A DNA stretch of 64,000 bases, taken from contig CAVYLP010000004.1 in assembly GCA_963769425.1 (NCBI GenBank), positions 288,001-352,000 of the forward strand, written 5' to 3'. The notes beneath the pieces were generated by a model, which saw nothing but the letters and a program-made list of their open reading frames with translations, did no database searches and had not been told where the DNA came from. Positions 18,316 to 28,523 of this stretch are shown here, piece by piece. The position numbers and the translations under genes were made by a program. Positions within the stretch are counted from its first letter, which is position 1; every line of letters starts with the position of its first letter. The stretch comes from Candidatus Bathyarchaeota archaeon. GTDB taxonomy: Archaea; Thermoproteota; Bathyarchaeia; TCS64.

Positions 18316-20033
18316 AACCCCCTCGGCTTCGGCTGGAACGTCGTAACGGAGACGGGTTTCCAGCCTATGGTCATGACTCCATCCTCCCTCCCGCAGATTG
18401 TGTGCTTCAGGTAGTTTGCATCGTCCCTCTCCGGGTGGTCGCTCCGGTAGTGGGCCCCCCTGCTCTCCTTCCTCGCCATCGCGGAGGCTACGACTACCTC
18501 GGAGACCGTCAGCATGTTGCCGAGTTCCAGGGCGTCCTCCAGCTCGCAGTTGAGGCGTCTCCCCCTGTTGTGGAGACCTATTTCAGAGAACCTGTTCCTT
18601 AGATCCGCTAAGACTCCTGCCGCTTCCCCAAGTACCTGTTCGCTCCTGAACGCGCTGCACTTCGAAGTCATCGTACTCTGTAGCTCCTCTCGTAGCTTCG
18701 CCACGTCCTCGGGGCCTGCTGAGTTGAGGAGATGGTCGATCTTGTCATGGATCATCTTCTCTGTGTCCTCGGTGGGCTCAACAAGGTCAGCTTTGCCACA
18801 AAACGCTGAGATTGCGTCGCCCGCCCTACTACCGAAGACTACGAGATCGAGAAGCGAGTTACACCCGAGCCTATTTGCCCCGTGGACGCTGATGCAGGCG
18901 CACTCCCCCGCCGCGAAGAGCCCCTGGATAGGGTTCAGGCCGTCGCTAAGAGCCTTTGCGTTGAGGTCGGTAGGTACTCCCCCCATAAAGTAGTGGCAAG
19001 TGGGGGAGACCGGAATAGCCTCGGTCACGGGGTCTATCCCCATGTACTTCCTAGCCATCTCCGTTATCTCCTGTAGATCCTCCTCGAGGATCCCACGGGA
19101 GATGCTGGTCAGGTCAAGGTTGACGTAGTTCTTGCCATCTACACCTCTCCCCTCACTGATCTCGGTTAATATTGCCCGTGAGACGACGTCCCTCGGGGCG
19201 AGGTCTCCAAGGGTCGGCGCGTACTTTTTCATGAATGCCTCCCCTGAAGCGTTCCTGAGGACACCCCCCTCGCCGCGGGCCGCCTCGGTTATCAGGAACC
19301 CTATCCCATGGAGACCGGTGGGGTGGAACTGGACGAACTCCATGTCCTCTAATGCGATGCCAGCGTCGAAGGCGAGTGCGAAGCCATCCCCCGTCGAGGC
19401 GGAGCCGTTCGAGGTTGTCCCGTAGACCTTACCTGAGCCTCCCGTCGCGAGGAGAACGGCCTTAGAACCGAATATCATGGGATCACCCGTAGCGAGGCTG
19501 TAGCCGCCTACACCACGACATGCCCCACCGTCCATCAAGAGGTTAGTGATGAACACCTCGTCGTAGAAAGTGACACCCCGGCTCAGACACCTCTCGTATA
19601 GGGTGTTCATTATGACCCTCCCCGTCCTGTCAGAGGCGAAGCAGGCCCGCTTCACGGGGCCCTCACCATAATCGTGGGTGTGTCCCCCGAACCGCCTCTG
19701 CTCAATCTTCCCCTCAGGGTTCCTCGTGAAGGGAACACCCATCCGCTCGAGGTTGATCACAGCGCTCGACGCCTCCCTCGTGAGAACCTCGGCGGCATCC
19801 TGGTCGACAAGATAGTCGCCACCCTTGACTGTATCGTACATGTGCCAGCGCCACTCGTCCCTGTCTTCGTTGCTGAGGGCCGCAGCTATCCCGCCCTGGG
19901 CGGAGGCGGAGTGGCTCCTCATCGGGTGGACCTTGCTGATGACGGCTACGTCGCAACTTGGAGAGGCGTGGAGCGCGGCGGTTAGGCCCGCTATTCCTCC
20001 TCCGACTACCACCGCGTCGTGGTGTAGGATCAT
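18312..20033 (-). CDS. sdhA: Succinate dehydrogenase/fumarate reductase flavoprotein
   Basis: [10 protein letters not shown] (FAD His), QFHPTG, HYFMGG, HGANRLG, ESRGAH. Confidence 0.93.
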   Translation of the reverse strand: MILHHDAVVVGGGIAGLTAALHASPSCDVAVISKVHPMRSHSASAQGGIAAALSNEDRDEWRWHMYDTVKGGDYLVDQDAAEVLTREASSAVINLERMGVPFTRNPEGKIEQRRFGGHTHDYGEGPVKRACFASDRTGRVIMNTLYERCLSRGVTFYDEVFITNLLMDGGACRGVGGYSLATGDPMIFGSKAVLLATGGSGKVYGTTSNGSASTGDGFALAFDAGIALEDMEFVQFHPTGLHGIGFLITEAARGEGGVLRNASGEAFMKKYAPTLGDLAPRDVVSRAILTEISEGRGVDGKNYVNLDLTSISRGILEEDLQEITEMARKYMGIDPVTEAIPVSPTCHYFMGGVPTDLNAKALSDGLNPIQGLFAAGECACISVHGANRLGCNSLLDLVVFGSRAGDAISAFCGKADLVEPTEDTEKMIHDKIDHLLNSAGPEDVAKLREELQSTMTSKCSAFRSEQVLGEAAGVLADLRNRFSEIGLHNRGRRLNCELEDALELGNMLTVSEVVVASAMARKESRGAHYRSDHPERDDANYLKHTICGREDGVMTIGWKPVSVTTFQPKPRGF

Positions 20034-21457
20034 GCCTTACCCCGTCCCTTGGGGCCAAGCCGCTGAGAGTTGCCGATGTTAGGCGCCGTCGAACCTTTAG
20101 CGAGTTCAGCCAGTTCCTCCTCCGAGATCAATCCCTCCTTGATAGCCAGTTTCCCCACGGGGACCCCCTTCTCGGCCGCCTCGATGGCGAGTCGGGACGC
20201 GGCCTCGTAACCTAATACCGGTGAGAGGAGGGTTGCGAAGGCGTTGCTGTGCTCGAAGTAGTAACCCGTGGTCCGGGGGTTCGCCTCTACGCTGACGATG
20301 CATCTCTCCCTAAGCGTCTCGACGGCTTTCGCCATCCACGACTGCGCTGAGAGAAGGTTGTAAGCCACCAGCGGGGTGTAGACGTTAAGGTCCAGACTCC
20401 CATGCTGAGCCGCGGCCTCCACGGTCGCCCTAGCCCCGATGGTCTGGAGACAGGTCATGTTCACGCACTCGATGATGCTCGGGTTAACCTTCCCCGGCAT
20501 TATGCTCGACCCCGGCTCCACAGCTGGGAGGGTCATCTCCCCGAGCCCAGTGGCTGGGCCGGAGCTTAGGAGCATGAGGTCGTTTCCGACTTTTATGAGG
20601 GTGGTGGCGAGGACGCCGAGGGCGTTCATGTAGCTGAGGAAGTCGGATGTGAACTGGAGTCCGTAGGCGGAATCTTCTAGTGGTGTAAGGTCGAGACCCG
20701 TGATCTCCCCCAGACTCCTGATTACACGTTCCTTGTACTTCGGGTGGGTATCGACGCCCGTGCCAACAGCAGTGCCGCCGAGCGGTAATCTGCTCAACTT
20801 CTCCTCGGCTTTCTCGATCTCAGAACGCGCTTCACCCACCGCGACGGCGTATGTGTGGAACTCCTGCCCGAGGGTCACAGGTACGGCGTCCCTCAGGTGC
20901 GTCCTCCCGCTCTTCAGAACGTCCCTGAACTCGACCGCCTTAGCCCCGAGGCTGAATTCGAGGTCCCCGAGAGTGGACACCAGTTCCCTGCTTCGCCTAA
21001 CCGCGGCAACTCGAATGGCGGTGGGGATGACGTCGTTTGACGACTGCGACATGTTGACGTGATCGTTCGGGTGAATGGGGAAGTAGGAGCCGAGGGGGTG
21101 GCCGAGGAGCTCGTTCGTCCTGTTGGCTATGACCTCATTGACGTTCATGTTCCACGGCGTCCCAGCCCCCGCCTGGAAGACGTCGAGGAGGAACTCCCCG
21201 ACGAACTTCCCAGCGATTACCTCGTCGGCGGCCCTGGCGATGGCGTCCGCGAGGTCCGCGTCGAGCAGGCCAAGCTCCGCGTTCACCAACGCGGCTGCCT
21301 TCTTCACCTCCGCCACTGCCCGGATGAAGTCATCTCCGATAGTCTGCCCCGAGATCCGGAAGTTCCTGAGCGCCCTAGCAGTAAATGAGCCGTAGTAGGC
21401 AGAGGCGGGGACCTCGACCTCCCCTAAGAAGTCCCTCTCGACACGTTTTTCTGACAC
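20030..21457 (-). CDS. Aspartate ammonia-lyase / class II fumarate hydratase
   Basis: [11 protein letters not shown] signature, [18 protein letters not shown]. Confidence 0.9.
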   Translation of the reverse strand: MSEKRVERDFLGEVEVPASAYYGSFTARALRNFRISGQTIGDDFIRAVAEVKKAAALVNAELGLLDADLADAIARAADEVIAGKFVGEFLLDVFQAGAGTPWNMNVNEVIANRTNELLGHPLGSYFPIHPNDHVNMSQSSNDVIPTAIRVAAVRRSRELVSTLGDLEFSLGAKAVEFRDVLKSGRTHLRDAVPVTLGQEFHTYAVAVGEARSEIEKAEEKLSRLPLGGTAVGTGVDTHPKYKERVIRSLGEITGLDLTPLEDSAYGLQFTSDFLSYMNALGVLATTLIKVGNDLMLLSSGPATGLGEMTLPAVEPGSSIMPGKVNPSIIECVNMTCLQTIGARATVEAAAQHGSLDLNVYTPLVAYNLLSAQSWMAKAVETLRERCIVSVEANPRTTGYYFEHSNAFATLLSPVLGYEAASRLAIEAAEKGVPVGKLAIKEGLISEEELAELAKGSTAPNIGNSQRLGPKGRGKA

Positions 21458-21516
21458 GTGTAGATGGGGAGGAAGGGCTGTTTTTAAACGAGGTAATGAA
21501 CGAGGGAAATGGTGAG

Positions 21517-21909
21517 TCACTCGACCACGGGTCGGAACTTGTACCCGTACTGGATTAGCCCCGCCTGCCCGTCCTCGGTGACCTTGCGGAAGGTGTACTC
21601 GACCTTCAACCCAGTCTTTACTGCCTCCGACTCGATGTCAACAAGCTGGCTCAGTATCTGGACCCCGTCGTCCAGCTCAATGAGGGCGACGACATAGGGT
21701 GTGAACCGCTCGTAGCCGAGGGGCGCGTTCCTGATGACGGTCCAGCTCTTGACCTTCCCCGTCTCGGCGAGCTTGTATGGCTTGAACTCGGTGCCGCCGC
21801 AGCTGCAGACGGGCGTCTTAGGGTAGTGCTTAGCGCCGCACTTAGCACACTCCTCGCCCATGAGCCTGTATCGGGGTTTCTCCTCTCGCCAGTATCTTGG
21901 TACGCTCAT
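21517..21909 (-). CDS. DUF35 Zn-ribbon/OB-fold scaffold protein
   Basis: VPRYWR, CAKCG..P...CSCG, YGYKFRP. Confidence 0.9.
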   Translation of the reverse strand: MSVPRYWREEKPRYRLMGEECAKCGAKHYPKTPVCSCGGTEFKPYKLAETGKVKSWTVIRNAPLGYERFTPYVVALIELDDGVQILSQLVDIESEAVKTGLKVEYTFRKVTEDGQAGLIQYGYKFRPVVE

Positions 21910-21911
21910 CC

Positions 21912-23054
21912 TTAGACCCTCCTGAGGATGGCAACTGAGCAGGTGGAGCCCACTCCCGCCATGCTCTGGGCCATCCCTATCTTCGCGTCGGGGACCTGAT
22001 TCGCCCCCGCCTTACCGCGGAGCTGAATCACGGTCTCCGCTATCTGGTAGAGCCCCGTAGCCCCTATCGGGTTGCCGCGGGCCTTGAGTCCGCCGAAGTT
22101 GTTTGTCGGCATCTCACCCGTTCGAGTCGTATATCCCTGGGCGACGAGCTTCGCGCCCTTTCCCTTCTCGGCGAAGCCGAGATCCTCGAGGCTCAGGACG
22201 CCATCAATGGTCGTGTCATCGGTGACCTCCAGCACGTCGATGTCCTTGGGCTTGACCTTGGCGATATCGTATGCCTTTGCACCAGCCTTCTTGACGGCTT
22301 CCAGGGTGAGTGGATTCTTGCGGCATGCGAGGGATAGGTGGTCGGTGGCGACTGTTGAGGCTGCCACCTCGATTCCATTGGTAATCTTATCCGCCGGTCC
22401 GAGGAGCACCGCCGCCGCGCCATCCGCGACCGCCGCGCACTCCATCATCCTGATTGGGTCCGCCTCCATCGGGCTCGTCATCACGCGCTCTATGCTGAGC
22501 TTGAAGGGAAACTGGGCGTGGGCGACACCGACAGCGTTATCGTGGCTTCGGGCCGCGAACCAGCCTATCTCCTCGGGCGTCGCGCCGTACTCGTGGCTGT
22601 AGAGCCTGTGGAGTATCGCGGAGAGACCCGTCTTGGTGACGCCGGTGTAGGCAGTGTACTCCTGCTCCTCCGCCCCCACAAGTGCTGTGGTGACGGCCTC
22701 GGGTAGGAGGTCACTCATCTTCTCGACTCCGCCGACGAGTACCCAGTCACTGAGCTCGGAGGCGACGGCCTTGACGCCCTCGTTGAAGGCGACTCCGCCG
22801 CTCGCCTGCCCCGCCTCGATCCTGACCGCGGGTAGGCCGGGCCTGCCAATGGCCTCCGCCATCATGGCGCCCATTCCGATCTGCCCCTGCAGGTGTGCAC
22901 CCATCATGTTGGCGACGTAGAGCTGGTCGACCTCGGTGTGCGCCGCGTCCTTCAACGCGCCTAGGGCGGCCTCAGCAAAGAGTTCCTTTATGTTCCTCTC
23001 CCAGGGCTCGCCGACCTTCGTGAATCCTATTCCGGCTATCGCTACCTTCCTCAT
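21912..23054 (-). CDS. Thiolase-fold protein with degenerate active site
   Basis: Thiolase fold (GGVEKM, DGAAA, GGLKARG) but CxS=QAS, HDxF=TDDT and GHP=GNP. Confidence 0.85.
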   Translation of the reverse strand: MRKVAIAGIGFTKVGEPWERNIKELFAEAALGALKDAAHTEVDQLYVANMMGAHLQGQIGMGAMMAEAIGRPGLPAVRIEAGQASGGVAFNEGVKAVASELSDWVLVGGVEKMSDLLPEAVTTALVGAEEQEYTAYTGVTKTGLSAILHRLYSHEYGATPEEIGWFAARSHDNAVGVAHAQFPFKLSIERVMTSPMEADPIRMMECAAVADGAAAVLLGPADKITNGIEVAASTVATDHLSLACRKNPLTLEAVKKAGAKAYDIAKVKPKDIDVLEVTDDTTIDGVLSLEDLGFAEKGKGAKLVAQGYTTRTGEMPTNNFGGLKARGNPIGATGLYQIAETVIQLRGKAGANQVPDAKIGMAQSMAGVGSTCSVAILRRV

Positions 23055-24085
23055 GCTATGATCTGCCCCCTGTGGCGGAGGTAGGTCGCGTAGTCGACGT
23101 ACCTCTTCCTGTCTATGTAGTTCTTGACCTTGGGTCCGCCGCGGCGGTGCTTTATGGGCTCCCTGACCTTCCAGACGAAGGCGTCGCTGCCGGAGCCGCT
23201 ACCATAACTGACCATGAATATCATATCACCGGGCTCAGCGACGTCGAGCGTCGCGGCGAGTCCCAGTGGGCTACTGCCCGCGTAGGTGTTGCCCACGACG
23301 GGTGAGACGAGGCCCGGGTTGATCTGGTCCATCCCGAACCCAAGCATCTTTGCGACGTTGATGGGGAATTTGGCGTTCGGCTGGTGGAAGACCGCCCACT
23401 TGAAGTCGGTGGCCTTGTACCCCGTCTCCGCGAGGAGCGCCTTCCCCGCGCCGGTGATGTGTTTGAAGTATGCGGGCTCCCCCGTGAACCTATTACCGTG
23501 GCGGGGGTACATCTCCTTCGGCCTACGCCAGAAGTCTGGAGTGTCCGTCACGAAGCTGTATGAGGCTTCGAGTTCGGCGACGCTCTCCTCGGCTGGGCCG
23601 AAGAGGTATGCGGCTCCTCCACATGCTGCCGTGTACTCGAGCGCGTCCGCTGGCTTGCCCTGCGCCGTGTCCGCGCCTATGCCCATGGCGTACTTCTGCA
23701 TCCCGCTGCCGACGAGGCCGATGCAGTTCTGCATCGCTTCGGTGCCCGCCTTGCAGGCGAACTCCATGTCGGCCGTGGAGACACTTGGGGTTGCCCCTAT
23801 GACCTCAGCGACTATGGTACCCGAAGGCTTGACGGCGTAGGGCTTCGACTCGGTGCCGACGTAGACCGCCCCGATCTTCGTGGGGTCGACGCCGGAGCGC
23901 CGAACGGCTTGGCGCGCGCACTCGACCGCTATGGTGACTGTGTCCTCGTCGAGGGCTACGACAGCCTTCTCCTCGACGGGCTCCCCCGAGGTGCTCCACA
24001 TGCGGTTCACCTCAGCGGCCTTGAGCCTGTACATCGGCACGTAGGCGCCGTAGCCCGCTATGCCGACCCTGATTAGAGTCTTCAT
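23051..24085 (-). CDS. Hydroxymethylglutaryl-CoA synthase (archaeal type)
   Basis: VGTESKPYAVKP, FACKAG, RFTGEPAY, HQPN, GNTY, SYGSG. Confidence 0.93.
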   Translation of the reverse strand: MKTLIRVGIAGYGAYVPMYRLKAAEVNRMWSTSGEPVEEKAVVALDEDTVTIAVECARQAVRRSGVDPTKIGAVYVGTESKPYAVKPSGTIVAEVIGATPSVSTADMEFACKAGTEAMQNCIGLVGSGMQKYAMGIGADTAQGKPADALEYTAACGGAAYLFGPAEESVAELEASYSFVTDTPDFWRRPKEMYPRHGNRFTGEPAYFKHITGAGKALLAETGYKATDFKWAVFHQPNAKFPINVAKMLGFGMDQINPGLVSPVVGNTYAGSSPLGLAATLDVAEPGDMIFMVSYGSGSGSDAFVWKVREPIKHRRGGPKVKNYIDRKRYVDYATYLRHRGQIIA

Positions 24086-24176
24086 GTCTATCCCTATCCC
24101 GGAAACTAGGAGTAGGTTGACAGGTTTCTATTTAAGCGAATCGACATGGATCGAATAGGGAATCGACAGGAGACGA

Positions 24177-25046
24177 TTACCGCTTAAGGTAGACGTCCCT
24201 GACGGCCCCAAGCGACTTTATGTTCGCCTTCAGCGAGTAAGGCCGCTCGAAATGGCAGACAAACCCCTCCCAAGGGTCACCGACGACTTCGTAGCCGCTT
24301 ATCTGCCCGACGCCGAGTTGCGCCGTGTTCGCCACATGCCTGATCTCCTCGGGCTTGAAGCCCATCAACCGTACGCAGAAGCTGTCGACGGCGACGACGT
24401 CGGAGCCAGCGACGACGACGCCCATCCTCCTGGGGTTGCCCACTACGGGGCCGTTCCCCTCCATGCAGGTGAGGCCGTCGACTATCGTCATGTCTGTCCT
24501 GATCGTCTTCGCGAGGAAGGGGAGGACCTCGTCGAGTTTCTTATGTAGGCGGCTCTTCTTCGCCTCCTGGAAGCAGCCGTAGAGGTTCTTGATGCCGAGG
24601 GTGACGGTGGTGTGGGCGCAGGTCTTCATCTTGGCGAGGTTTAGCACGCAGTCGGCGACCGTCATCGTCTTCGGGATCATTATCTCTGTGCCGGCGACGA
24701 CGTAGGGTGTGCAGTCGTCTGTGCTGAGGTTGAGGAACGGTACCTTCCACTCCTCGAGCTTCGCCATGAGCCCCGACTCCTTCACACGTGTGTCCGCGGT
24801 GTCGGCGATGTTGTCCGACTCGACTATCAGGGGCTCGCAGCTCTTCTCTCGGACCATCTTCACCGCTGCCTCGACTATGGCGAAGTCGGTGAGGACCATG
24901 CCCTGCGGGTTCTTCGAGTTGCAGACGTTTGGCTTGATGACTACCTTCATCCCGGGCTTGATCTGTAGGCCACCGGCGAGGTTGACCGCCCTCCTGACGG
25001 CTGCCTGCGTGTCGTCCCCTGCTTTCACGAGGGAAACCTTGGCCAT
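24177..25046 (-). CDS. DUF362 family Fe-S protein
   Basis: VIKPN, KMKT, TLGIKNLYG, EGNGP, DVVAVD. Confidence 0.8.
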   Translation of the reverse strand: MAKVSLVKAGDDTQAAVRRAVNLAGGLQIKPGMKVVIKPNVCNSKNPQGMVLTDFAIVEAAVKMVREKSCEPLIVESDNIADTADTRVKESGLMAKLEEWKVPFLNLSTDDCTPYVVAGTEIMIPKTMTVADCVLNLAKMKTCAHTTVTLGIKNLYGCFQEAKKSRLHKKLDEVLPFLAKTIRTDMTIVDGLTCMEGNGPVVGNPRRMGVVVAGSDVVAVDSFCVRLMGFKPEEIRHVANTAQLGVGQISGYEVVGDPWEGFVCHFERPYSLKANIKSLGAVRDVYLKR

Positions 25047-26038
25047 TAGCCCACCTTCCCGACTGGCAGCTTATCCCCCATCTCGTTCATCACCCTGAGC
25101 ATCGCTATCTCGTCGTCTATGGTGATCCGCGGCTCGCCACCCCTGTGGACGAGCTGCTCGAGGTGCCTGTACTGCTCGGGGAAGCTGGGGTGCTTGAACT
25201 GGAGCATATCTAGGTACCAGCCGGCGCCACGCTCGCTGGTCTTCTTCTTACCCGCCTCGTTTTCGAGTGTGTAGCTGTAGGGGTTTGTGGCGAAGTCGCT
25301 CCTGAGTGTGCCCTTCTCACCCTCTATGTAGACGGCGAAGGTGGGAATGGTGCGCGTCCAGCTCGCAGTGCAGTCGAGTTCAACGCCCTGCTCCGTCTCG
25401 ACCGTGGCGTGGAGGTTGTCGCAGACATCATACTTCTTGCAGGCACCGGAAACCTCTTTGACCTTCCTCGGCTTCCCCGCGACTATGCCAGCGACGCTGA
25501 GTATGTGCGGCATCACGTCCTCGACTATGCCGCGCGGGTCCTTCGTGCGGAAGTCGGTCTTTGAGCCGTACATGCCGAGGTTGTTCTCGAAGTTGAGTTT
25601 CACACGCTTGACGACGCCGATGGCTCCCTGCTTGACCTTCTCCTCCATCCTGTAGAGGGCGGGGGTGTACACGTAGTTGTGGGCGGGGAGGACGACGAGG
25701 CTACCCTTCGCCTCCTTGATCCTCGCGCAGCCCTCCACCGTCTGGGCGAGGGGCTTCTCGCAGAGCACATGTTTCCCCGCCTTGAGTGACTGCAGGGTCA
25801 TCTCCTCGTGGAAGCGGGGCGGCGTGTTGATAGCGACAGCCTCCACCTCCGGCTTCGCGAGCATCTCCAAGTAGTCGCCGCAGGCGTGGCCGACCCCCGT
25901 CGCGCCCTTGACCTCGGCGAGTTGCTCGCCACTCTTATCCGAGATGCTCACAAGCTCCACGACGCCCGAGGCCTCTATGGCCTTGAGGTGGAACATCGTG
26001 GTGACCCTTCCGCAACCGATTATACCGAGGCGGAGCAT
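25046..26038 (-). CDS. Gfo/Idh/MocA oxidoreductase
   Basis: IIGCG, AGKHVLCEKP. Confidence 0.85.
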   Translation of the reverse strand: MLRLGIIGCGRVTTMFHLKAIEASGVVELVSISDKSGEQLAEVKGATGVGHACGDYLEMLAKPEVEAVAINTPPRFHEEMTLQSLKAGKHVLCEKPLAQTVEGCARIKEAKGSLVVLPAHNYVYTPALYRMEEKVKQGAIGVVKRVKLNFENNLGMYGSKTDFRTKDPRGIVEDVMPHILSVAGIVAGKPRKVKEVSGACKKYDVCDNLHATVETEQGVELDCTASWTRTIPTFAVYIEGEKGTLRSDFATNPYSYTLENEAGKKKTSERGAGWYLDMLQFKHPSFPEQYRHLEQLVHRGGEPRITIDDEIAMLRVMNEMGDKLPVGKVG

Positions 26039-26164
26039 GTCTGGGGAAATACCCTTACCCGGGTTAAATAGTTGCTACTTGATGGGGTATTTTAATAGGA
26101 ACTTGTACTTGCAGCTTCTGCTGCCTCAACCCATAAATAATGTTGCGCCCCCTCCACGCCTGAG

Positions 26165-26614
26165 TTGGAGCCCACCATACGACTCGTGGCAGCAGCGGAT
26201 CTCAGTACCATCCACAGGATCGAGGTGGGTAGCTACCCCGACCCGTGGCCGCGCTCCATCTTCTACCTCATGCGAGGGCGTGCCCCTGACCTCTTTATAG
26301 TAGCTGAAGCCGAAGGTGAGGTCGTCGCCTACTCGATCGGGGAGATGGAGTGGATGCACGGCGTTAAGGTGGGCCACGTCATGAACATAGCCGTAGCCGA
26401 GGCTTGGAGGCGCAGGGGGATAGCGGGGAGGCTACTCAACGAGCTCGAGGGCAGGTTCACGGAGCGCGGGGCCGAGTACTCCTACCTAGAGGTGAGGGTG
26501 GGCAACGAGGAAGCCCAGCGCCTCTACAGGAAGAGGGGTTACCGGGACCTCGGTATCCTCCCCCGCTACTACAAGGACGAGGACGGCATCGCTATGGAGA
26601 AGCCCCTCGGCTAA
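26165..26614 (+). CDS. rimI: RimI-like GNAT N-acetyltransferase
   Basis: NIAV...RRRGIA, LEVR..N, YY.DEDG. Confidence 0.85.
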   Translation: MEPTIRLVAAADLSTIHRIEVGSYPDPWPRSIFYLMRGRAPDLFIVAEAEGEVVAYSIGEMEWMHGVKVGHVMNIAVAEAWRRRGIAGRLLNELEGRFTERGAEYSYLEVRVGNEEAQRLYRKRGYRDLGILPRYYKDEDGIAMEKPLG

Positions 26615-26663
26615 ACGTTACACTTCTATACCTGTGCCCGCCCCTCACTCCGTAGGTGGAACC

Positions 26664-27704
26664 ATGGGTGAGATACGTGTCGCCGTCGCCGGCACAGGAA
26701 ACCTCTGCTCAAGCCTAGTACAGGGAACACACTTCTACGCCAAGGCGAAGGAGCCACTCGGGCTCCTCCACCCAGAACTCGGCGGCTACAAGCCTTCGGA
26801 CGTGAAGTACGTCGCCGCATTCGACATAAGCGACGTGAAGGTTGGCAAGGACCTCAGCGAGGCCATATTCGCGAAGCCGAACAACGCCCCGAAGGTGGCC
26901 GACGTCCCGAAGCTGGGCGTAACGGTGAAGATGGGACCCGCCCCGGACCTCGTCGAGGAGGGCACCCTCAGCAGCATAAAGCGCGCCAAGGCGGAGGCCG
27001 TCGACGTCGCCGCCGAGCTGAAGAAGGCGAAGGCGGATATGCTCATCAACATGGTCTCCGGTGGCAGCGACAAGGCGTCCGCCCTCTATGCGAAGGCGGC
27101 CATCGATGCAGGCTGCGCTTACCTCAACGCGACCCCGTCGCCTATCGCAGGTGACGCGGCGCTCATCAAGAAGTTCACGGCAGCAAAGCTCCCGGTGGCT
27201 GGAGATGACCTGCTGGATCAGGTCGGGGCCACGGCGATCCACATCGGCATCCTGGAGTTCCTCCACAGCCGCGGCGCACACATAGACGAGAGCTACCAGC
27301 TCGACGTCGGGGGCGGCGCGGAGTCGATCAGCACGCTGGAGAAGACGAAGGACACGAAGAGGAGCATAAAGACGGCGGCAGTCACGGGGCACGTCCCATA
27401 CAAGTTCCCGCTCGTCTCCGGCTCCACCGACTTCGTCGACTTCCTCGGCAACGGGCGTGACAGCTTCTTCTGGGTCAAGGGGCGCTACTTCGGTGGCGTG
27501 CCCTTCACTATGGACCTGAAGCTGAGCAGCGAGGACGCCCCCAACGGGGGCTCAATCCTCCTCGACGCGATCAGGGGGATGAAGGTCGCCAAGGATAAGG
27601 GCTTGAAAGGGCTCGTGGCCCCGATCTGCGGCTACGCCTTCAAGAGGGCGGAGCGCACCAGCCTCGCCACCGCGTACAAGTCCTTCAGGGACCTCACAGG
27701 GTAG
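26664..27704 (+). CDS. myo-inositol-1-phosphate synthase family protein (divergent)
   Basis: GNLCSSLVQG, AAFDI..KVGKDL, GDD..DQVGAT; several catalytic motifs altered. Confidence 0.75.
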   Translation: MGEIRVAVAGTGNLCSSLVQGTHFYAKAKEPLGLLHPELGGYKPSDVKYVAAFDISDVKVGKDLSEAIFAKPNNAPKVADVPKLGVTVKMGPAPDLVEEGTLSSIKRAKAEAVDVAAELKKAKADMLINMVSGGSDKASALYAKAAIDAGCAYLNATPSPIAGDAALIKKFTAAKLPVAGDDLLDQVGATAIHIGILEFLHSRGAHIDESYQLDVGGGAESISTLEKTKDTKRSIKTAAVTGHVPYKFPLVSGSTDFVDFLGNGRDSFFWVKGRYFGGVPFTMDLKLSSEDAPNGGSILLDAIRGMKVAKDKGLKGLVAPICGYAFKRAERTSLATAYKSFRDLTG

Positions 27705-27709
27705 CCGCC

Positions 27710-28471
27710 ATGCACATGATATTCCTAGTCGGGACAGCCGGGAGCGGCAAGAGCACCCTCACAGCCGCCTTCACCCGCTGGCTGGAGATGCAGCGCGAGG
27801 ATGTGATGGCCGTAAACCTCGACCCCGGCGCCCCCAACCTCCCCTACTCCGCCAACGTCGACATACGCGACTACATCAAGGTCGAGGACGTGATGGAGGA
27901 GTATGGACTGGGCCCCAATGGTGGGCTGGTCGCCGCGACAGACATGATCAAGGACGTGGTGGATCAGGTGAGCCAGGACATCGAGGACTTCACCCCCGAC
28001 ATCTGCATAGTCGACACCCCAGGGCAGATGGAGCTCTTCGCTTTCCGAGACATAGGCGCGCAGGTGGCGGAGAAGCTCACGGACGCGGACAAGGGCCTCG
28101 TCTACCTCTTCGACGCCGGATTCTGCAGGGACCCCCTCAACTACGTTATGAACATGTTCCTCGCGTCAGCCATAAACGTCCGGTTCCAGCTGCCCCAGTT
28201 CCAGGTCTTCAGCAAGGTGGACCTGCTCAAGGAGAAGGAGTTAGAGGGCATGATGAGCTGGGCTGAGGACCCCGACGTCCTCAGGACCGCCGTCGACGCT
28301 CGCCTCAGCGGTATGAACAAGGAGATGAGCCAGGATATGCTTGAGATCATCGAGAGGATGGGGGTCGAGTTCAGCCCTATAGCGGTCTCGGCGAAGACGC
28401 AGGATGGTTTCCACGTTCTCTACTCGGAGCTGCAGCGCGTCTTCACGGGCGGGGAGAAGTTCACCCCCTAG
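27710..28471 (+). CDS. GPN-loop GTPase
   Basis: GTAGSGKS, NLDPG, GPNGG, DTPGQMELF. Confidence 0.92.
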   Translation: MHMIFLVGTAGSGKSTLTAAFTRWLEMQREDVMAVNLDPGAPNLPYSANVDIRDYIKVEDVMEEYGLGPNGGLVAATDMIKDVVDQVSQDIEDFTPDICIVDTPGQMELFAFRDIGAQVAEKLTDADKGLVYLFDAGFCRDPLNYVMNMFLASAINVRFQLPQFQVFSKVDLLKEKELEGMMSWAEDPDVLRTAVDARLSGMNKEMSQDMLEIIERMGVEFSPIAVSAKTQDGFHVLYSELQRVFTGGEKFTP

Positions 28472-28523
28472 CCTCGAAAATCGTTAATACGGCGTCCGGG
28501 TGCCTATCTCCTAGGAGATAATC

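Noticed and set aside
24138-24168. GAATCGACA direct repeat (two copies)
   Set aside because: Too short and only two copies; compatible with chance.
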